Positions 35,606-40,000 of a stretch of DNA of 40,000 nucleotides are shown piece by piece. Under the pieces are notes generated by a model. That model searched no databases and was not told the origin of the DNA. It saw only the letters and a list, made by a program, of their open reading frames with translations. Positions within the stretch are counted from its first letter, which is position 1; each line of letters begins with the position of its first letter. The translations under genes were made by a program, and so were the position numbers. The DNA is from Sphingomonas sp. FARSPH (lineage in GTDB: Bacteria > Pseudomonadota > Alphaproteobacteria > Sphingomonadales > Sphingomonadaceae), in contig NZ_CP029987.1 of the NCBI RefSeq assembly GCF_003355005.1, positions 13,377 through 53,376 of the forward strand, read 5' to 3'.

Positions 35606-36313
35606 ATGAGAATCAGGATGCTTTCTGCGATCGTGGGATCGCTGATCCTGTCCGCCTGTTCCAGTGGAGATCGCTTGGTCGGAAGGCCAGGGATGCAGGT
35701 TTTGCAGCAGACTGCACTTCCTGAACCGACGCGCCAAGATTTGATCCTTGAGCGTCGCGCGTACGTTATCGGACCTCTCGATAAACTAACCGTTGATGTC
35801 TATGGTGTGGAGGAGCTTACGCGCAGCGTTCAGGTTGATGCTAGCGGCGAGATCGCTTTGCCGCTCATCGGCACGGTCACTGCAGCCGGCAAGACGCCTC
35901 TTGAATTGGCCGACATGGTCAGCGCAAAGCTTAAGGCACGCTATGTTCGCAACCCTCAGGTCACTGTCAGCGTAGACACCGGTGCCCAGACGGTCGCAAT
36001 TGACGGTCAGGTCAACACGCCTGGGTTGTATCCTGTAGTCGGCCGCATGACTTTGATGCGAGCGATAGCCTCAGCCAAAGGATTGGCGGATTTTGCGCAG
36101 CCATCTTACGTCGTCGTCTATAGGCGTGTAAACAATCAGGAGATGGCAGCTCTTTACGATTTGCGAGCAATTCGGAATGGAGCCTATGCTGACCCTGACA
36201 TATTTGCCAATGATATCGTCTATGTCGGTGAGGACAGCAAACGCAGGGTGTTCGAAAAGGTAATATCAAGCGGTGTTCTTCTTGCTGCCCCACTGGTTAC
36301 CCTTATCAGATAA
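35606..36313 (+). CDS. wza: Second polysaccharide export outer-membrane lipoprotein (Wza/ExoF family)
   Basis: Candidate starts are GTG 35597, ATG 35606 and ATG 35618. The lipobox is LILSAC. YVIGPLDKLTVDVYG...VQVDASGEIALPLIGTVTAAGKTPLELA...VSVDTGAQTVAIDGQVNTPGLYPV is a PES-plus-SLBB pattern. Confidence 0.85.
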   Translation: MRIRMLSAIVGSLILSACSSGDRLVGRPGMQVLQQTALPEPTRQDLILERRAYVIGPLDKLTVDVYGVEELTRSVQVDASGEIALPLIGTVTAAGKTPLELADMVSAKLKARYVRNPQVTVSVDTGAQTVAIDGQVNTPGLYPVVGRMTLMRAIASAKGLADFAQPSYVVVYRRVNNQEMAALYDLRAIRNGAYADPDIFANDIVYVGEDSKRRVFEKVISSGVLLAAPLVTLIR

Positions 36314-36352
36314 TCTAGTTCGTCGCAGACGCAACGCCGGCAAAGGCACTAT

Positions 36353-38581
36353 ATGATACCTATTCCATCACAACGCGCCGAACCGGCAATGACACCTGAT
36401 ATGACGCTGCGCGGACCCGAGTTCGACGCATCGGCGATCCGCAACGGTGCGGTTTCTATCATCACAATGGTGATATCGACAATTCGCCGGCGGAGATGGG
36501 TGATCTTGGGTGCAATCGGCGGCTCGATCCTCCTTGGCATCTTGCTTACAATCCTGATGACTCCACGGTTTACGGCGTCTGCGACGCTAGAAATTCAGCG
36601 TGAAACTGGATCATTCGTCAACGTACAAGGTGTACAACAAAAGGATAGTGCGGTCGATCAGGAGTTCTACAATACTCAGTATGGACTACTTCAGTCCCAG
36701 ACTCTTGCGGAGCGAGTTGCGGCCGATCTTGGTTTGTCGGAATCACCCGATTTTTTCAGAACCGTATCAATTAAATCTAATCAATGGTTTGATAGCGCAG
36801 GTCGACCATTGCCGGCGATGCGTCGTGCGCGCGTCAAGGCTGCGGGGTCGGCTCTACTCAAGAGTTTCGCCGTTTCTCCTCTGAGGCTGTCGCGACTTGT
36901 CACAATTTCTTTCACCTATCCCGATCCCGCAATGGCGAAGCGGGTAATCGATACCTGGTCTTCGGATTTCGTGAAGCTGACGCTCGAGCGCCGTTTCGAA
37001 ATGACGTCTTATGCACGCCAGTTTCTTGAAGGACGGATTAAGCAATTGCGTCAGCGCATCGATCAAGGTCAGCGCGACCTCGTGGACTATGCATCGCGTG
37101 AGGGAATCATCAATGTTCCGGTTACCTCGAATAGCGGTGGAAATAACGGCAGCGTGTCCGTGACCGAGAGGTCGCTGGTAGCTGGCAACCTGACTATGCT
37201 GAACGACGAGTTAAATAAGGCTATAGCACAACGCGTCGAAGCAGAAAGTCGCCTAAACGCACCTGGTGGATCGGTTCAGGAAGCCCTTCAGAACGGCGCA
37301 ATCTCCACCCTGCGTCAGCGGCGGACGGAACTGTCTGCCGAGTACGCACGGCTGATGGTTCAATTCGAGCCCAATTATCCCCCGGCAATGGCAGTACGCC
37401 GGCAGATCGAGCAATTGGATGCCGCGATCACGCGGGAGGAAAATCGTGTAGGTTCGTCACTCGAACAGGAATACAAGGCAGCTGCGAGGCGTGAGCAGGA
37501 CCTCAAAGCGCAAGTCGCACAACTCAAGACTGATTTTCTCGATCAAAGACGTCGCGGGGTTGAATACAACGTCATTCAACGTGATTTAGATACCAATCAG
37601 CAACTCTATGACGGTCTATTGCAACGGTATAAGGAAATTGGTATTGCTGGAGGGGTAGGAGCAAACAATATCGTTGTAGTTGACCCTGCATCGGTACCAC
37701 AAAGTCCCTCCAGTCCCAACCTTCTTCTTAATTTATTGGCCGCTACTTTATTAGGTGTTATCCTTGGTGGTGGCTTAGCTTTTGTATTGGAGCAGATCGA
37801 CCAAGGTTTATCGGATCCAGGCGAAGTGAATGCCTACTTCGGAATCCCGCTTCTCGGGGCCATCCCGAAGGTTGAAACCAACGCTCTGGAGGCTTTGAGC
37901 GACAGGAAATCGTCCTTGTCGGAAGCCTATTTGTCGCTTCAGACTAATTTGGCGTTCTCCACCAGTCATGGCGTTCCGCGCAGCCTCGCCGTCACAAGCA
38001 GCCGTCCTGCAGAGGGCAAAAGCACTACGGCGAACGCCCTTGCGCGTTCGCTTGCCCGTTCGGTCGGCCGGGTTCTTTTGATCGACGCCGACATGCGCTC
38101 GCCTTCAGTCCACCATCAACTCGGCATCGAAAACCGACGTGGTCTTAGCAACTATCTGTCGGGTGACGATGACGTAACCAGCATGATCTATAACACTGTC
38201 TATCCTGGCATGGATGTCATCACAGCTGGTCCCCATCCGCCCAGCGCACCCGACCTTCTTACCGGAAGCAGATTGGATAATCTTATTAACCAACTTCTTG
38301 AAATCTATCAGTGTGTGGTTTTTGATATTCCGCCAGTAATGGGCTTGGCGGATGCCCCCCTCATCAGTAGCCGTGTCGAAGGTATAATCTTCGTGATTGA
38401 GGCGCACTCGACGCAGAAGGCTATGGCCAGGGTTGCGCTTCAGCGTCTGGCGGCCGCACATGCGACGATCAAGGGTGCCGTGCTCACCAAGTTCAATTCG
38501 AAACGCGCGCACTATGGCTATGGCTATGACTATGGCTATGGCTATGGCTATGGTCAGGAGGACAAAGCGCCTGACGCGTAA
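36353..38581 (+). CDS. wzc: Full-length PCP-2a tyrosine autokinase (Wzc/ExoP type)
   Basis: 742 aa. It has TM1, a coiled-coil periplasmic domain and TM2 (LLLNLLAATLLGVILGGGLAFVL). The kinase domain has Walker A SSRPAEGKSTTA, Walker A' LLIDADMRSP and Walker B VVFDIPPVMGLADA. The C-terminal tail is HYGYGYDYGYGYGYGQEDKAPDA. Confidence 0.9.
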   Translation: MIPIPSQRAEPAMTPDMTLRGPEFDASAIRNGAVSIITMVISTIRRRRWVILGAIGGSILLGILLTILMTPRFTASATLEIQRETGSFVNVQGVQQKDSAVDQEFYNTQYGLLQSQTLAERVAADLGLSESPDFFRTVSIKSNQWFDSAGRPLPAMRRARVKAAGSALLKSFAVSPLRLSRLVTISFTYPDPAMAKRVIDTWSSDFVKLTLERRFEMTSYARQFLEGRIKQLRQRIDQGQRDLVDYASREGIINVPVTSNSGGNNGSVSVTERSLVAGNLTMLNDELNKAIAQRVEAESRLNAPGGSVQEALQNGAISTLRQRRTELSAEYARLMVQFEPNYPPAMAVRRQIEQLDAAITREENRVGSSLEQEYKAAARREQDLKAQVAQLKTDFLDQRRRGVEYNVIQRDLDTNQQLYDGLLQRYKEIGIAGGVGANNIVVVDPASVPQSPSSPNLLLNLLAATLLGVILGGGLAFVLEQIDQGLSDPGEVNAYFGIPLLGAIPKVETNALEALSDRKSSLSEAYLSLQTNLAFSTSHGVPRSLAVTSSRPAEGKSTTANALARSLARSVGRVLLIDADMRSPSVHHQLGIENRRGLSNYLSGDDDVTSMIYNTVYPGMDVITAGPHPPSAPDLLTGSRLDNLINQLLEIYQCVVFDIPPVMGLADAPLISSRVEGIIFVIEAHSTQKAMARVALQRLAAAHATIKGAVLTKFNSKRAHYGYGYDYGYGYGYGQEDKAPDA
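38513..38554 (+). repeat. In-frame TAT-GGC hexanucleotide tandem repeat encoding the Wzc Tyr cluster
   Basis: tatggc tatggc tatgac tatggc tatggc tatggc tatggt is seven 6-nt units with two point variants. It encodes YGYGYDYGYGYGYG. Confidence 0.9.
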
Positions 38582-38594
38582 CGAACCAGGACAG

Positions 38595-39836
38595 ATGATG
38601 ACATCACGAAGAGTACGATCGATTGATCCCATACGGGTTGTCTTGGTCGTGATCGGCGGTCTGGCACTGTGCTGGCTGTCAATCGCAGTTACGATGTCGA
38701 ACGTTGCCACTGGGGCGTCGCCGCTGCTGGCACTCCGCGTGTGGCCTTGGTCGTCGAGCGCCGCGTCGGCGCTCGCCGAACAGGATATTGTAACTGCTAC
38801 GGCGCGTTCGCAGGAGGAAGCTCGATACTACGCCAGTGATGCGCTGGCTCGTTCACCGGTCGATGCGCGAGCAGCAAGAGTATTGGGATTGTTCGACGCA
38901 CTTCGTGCCCGTAACCGCGCTGCACAATTCGCTTTTTACTATGCTCAGCGGCTGTCTCGGCGTGATCTTCCAACTCAAATGTGGCTTATCGAGCAATCGG
39001 TAGATCAGAATGATATTCCGTCGGCACTAAGCCATTATCATATAGCCATGCGAACTTCGCAGACATCTCGGGCTATTTTGATTCCCGTGCTGGCCGATGC
39101 CGCAGAGAACCCTGCAGTTGCGAAGCCGCTCGCACAGCTGTTACGCCAGCGGCCAAATTGGTGGCTTGATTTCTACGACTCGGCTGTTCCGAAGATATCA
39201 TCGCCTATATCGCTTGCTCTCATAGTTTCCGCACTACATTTCAATCCTGCCGATCCACTCGAAGGTGCTCGACTTCGACAAGGTATGCAGCGCCTTGTCG
39301 CGCTCGACGCGGTGGATGCGGCATATCATATTTACCGAAAAGCGTTCGTGGCTCAAAATCAGGCAGCAGTATTAATTCGAAATGGTGGTTTCGAAAGCGG
39401 AGTGGGGCTTCCGCCATTTGACTGGCAGTTTTCCGACAGTCCTGATCATCAAGGTATTATAGAACCCCGCGACGGCAGCCATGGATCAGCTGCACTCTCT
39501 ATTGCCGGTACATCATCGGGTGAAGTCGCACGGGAGCTACTCATGTTACCTCCCGGACAGTACAAGCTGTCATTCTTGATTGGTGCAGTGCGCGGTGATG
39601 CCACGCAACATCCCGACGCCATGATCGTTTGCTTGAGAGGCGCCGAAATTCTGGCATTTCGATTTCCGGCCACGCCCACACCTCAGGTTATCACCAAGAC
39701 CCTCGGCATTCCTGACAAAGCGTGTCGTACACAATGGCTTATAATCTCCAGCAATGGTAGCAGCGAAGTATCAGACCCGCCCTGGATCGACGACATTACA
39801 ATTCGTGCTGTCGGCAGGTCAGTAGGGCGGTCGTGA
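38595..39836 (+). CDS. Hypothetical membrane-anchored protein: N-terminal TM helix, helical-repeat region, C-terminal CBM-like beta-sandwich
   Basis: ATG at 38595, 13 nt after the wzc stop. The TM segment is IRVVLVVIGGLALCWLSIAV. An Ala/Arg-rich helical segment follows. The C-terminus LIRNGGFESGVGLPPFDWQF...GQYKLSFLIGAV...WIDDITIRAV resembles carbohydrate-binding/galactose-binding-like modules through its NGGFE motif. The upstream part of the 479-aa track ORF overlaps wzc in another frame. Confidence 0.65.
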   Translation: MMTSRRVRSIDPIRVVLVVIGGLALCWLSIAVTMSNVATGASPLLALRVWPWSSSAASALAEQDIVTATARSQEEARYYASDALARSPVDARAARVLGLFDALRARNRAAQFAFYYAQRLSRRDLPTQMWLIEQSVDQNDIPSALSHYHIAMRTSQTSRAILIPVLADAAENPAVAKPLAQLLRQRPNWWLDFYDSAVPKISSPISLALIVSALHFNPADPLEGARLRQGMQRLVALDAVDAAYHIYRKAFVAQNQAAVLIRNGGFESGVGLPPFDWQFSDSPDHQGIIEPRDGSHGSAALSIAGTSSGEVARELLMLPPGQYKLSFLIGAVRGDATQHPDAMIVCLRGAEILAFRFPATPTPQVITKTLGIPDKACRTQWLIISSNGSSEVSDPPWIDDITIRAVGRSVGRS

Positions 39837-39873
39837 ATCCTAAGCCAATGCCTATAGCGAAAAACTCGAAATT

Positions 39874-40000
39874 ATGACGAAAGTCTTCAAACAATCGATT
39901 GTCTATCCCGCTCTGGGTGGCATCTGCGACCTAGGCTTCGTGCGCATCGGCGGTCCTGGTCTAGCAAATATGCTACTGTCTTGGGCTAGAGCGCTCGTTG
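39874..40000 (+). CDS. Partial ORF (5' end only), unknown; N-terminal G-G-x-G-L-x-N motif reminiscent of GT11/O-FucT-like transferases
   Basis: ATG at 39874. My translation is MTKVFKQSIVYPALGGICDLGFVRIGGPGLANMLLSWARALV, and the frame stays open to the window end. The resemblance rests on a short motif only. Confidence 0.3.
   Translation, partial: MTKVFKQSIVYPALGGICDLGFVRIGGPGLANMLLSWARALV

Noticed and set aside
38105-38710. 201-aa minus-strand ORF containing an IAIAIAIVIAIAIV repeat; also any CRISPR-like array
   Set aside because: The repeat is simply the antisense reading of the coding TAT-GGC microsatellite in wzc. I saw no spacer-repeat architecture anywhere in the window.

Overview
The window reads as a high-GC (about 70% in hand-counted 60-nt lines) chromosomal segment, alphaproteobacterium-like by inference only, made almost entirely of surface-polysaccharide genes. 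It has three compositional tiers. (A) 1-18746 is a host-like, high-GC Wzx/Wzy-dependent locus. Two operons diverge from an AT-rich control region at 11284-11589. The leftward operon runs wbaP-like, GH-like lipoprotein, rfbF, rfbG-like, GT2, wza, kinase-less PCP, GT2, methyltransferase, GT4, GT4. The rightward operon runs degenerate BY-kinase-like protein, wzy, wzx, GT4, GT2, UDP-glucuronate decarboxylase. Nearly every junction is an ATGA/GTGA/TGATG overlap. (B) 18747-21320 is a mobile-element scar holding a MobC-like relaxosome accessory gene, a tyrosine integrase and an IS3-family transposase remnant. (C) 21328-40000 is a second, foreign-looking polysaccharide locus. One part is about 35-45% GC (wcaM-like, wcaF-like, small repeat protein, second wzx, GT-A-like protein, methyltransferase). 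The other part is about 45-60% GC (gmd, fcl, wcaI-like, second wzy, second wza, full-length wzc with a Tyr tail, an anchored CBM-like protein, one partial ORF). The two parts are split at 26970-30463 by three abutting host-like high-GC IS elements: a degenerate IS110-family copy, a degenerate IS5-family copy and an intact IS110-family copy. I saw no rRNA, tRNA or CRISPR. The items most worth a second look are the stand-alone BY-pseudokinase paired with a kinase-less PCP, the long 3' non-coding flank of the intact IS110-family element (candidate bridge/seek RNA), the repeated palindromic motif around the MobC-like gene, and the low-GC colanic-acid-type module. All homology calls come from reading the translations and from remembered family motifs. 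No database search was run.
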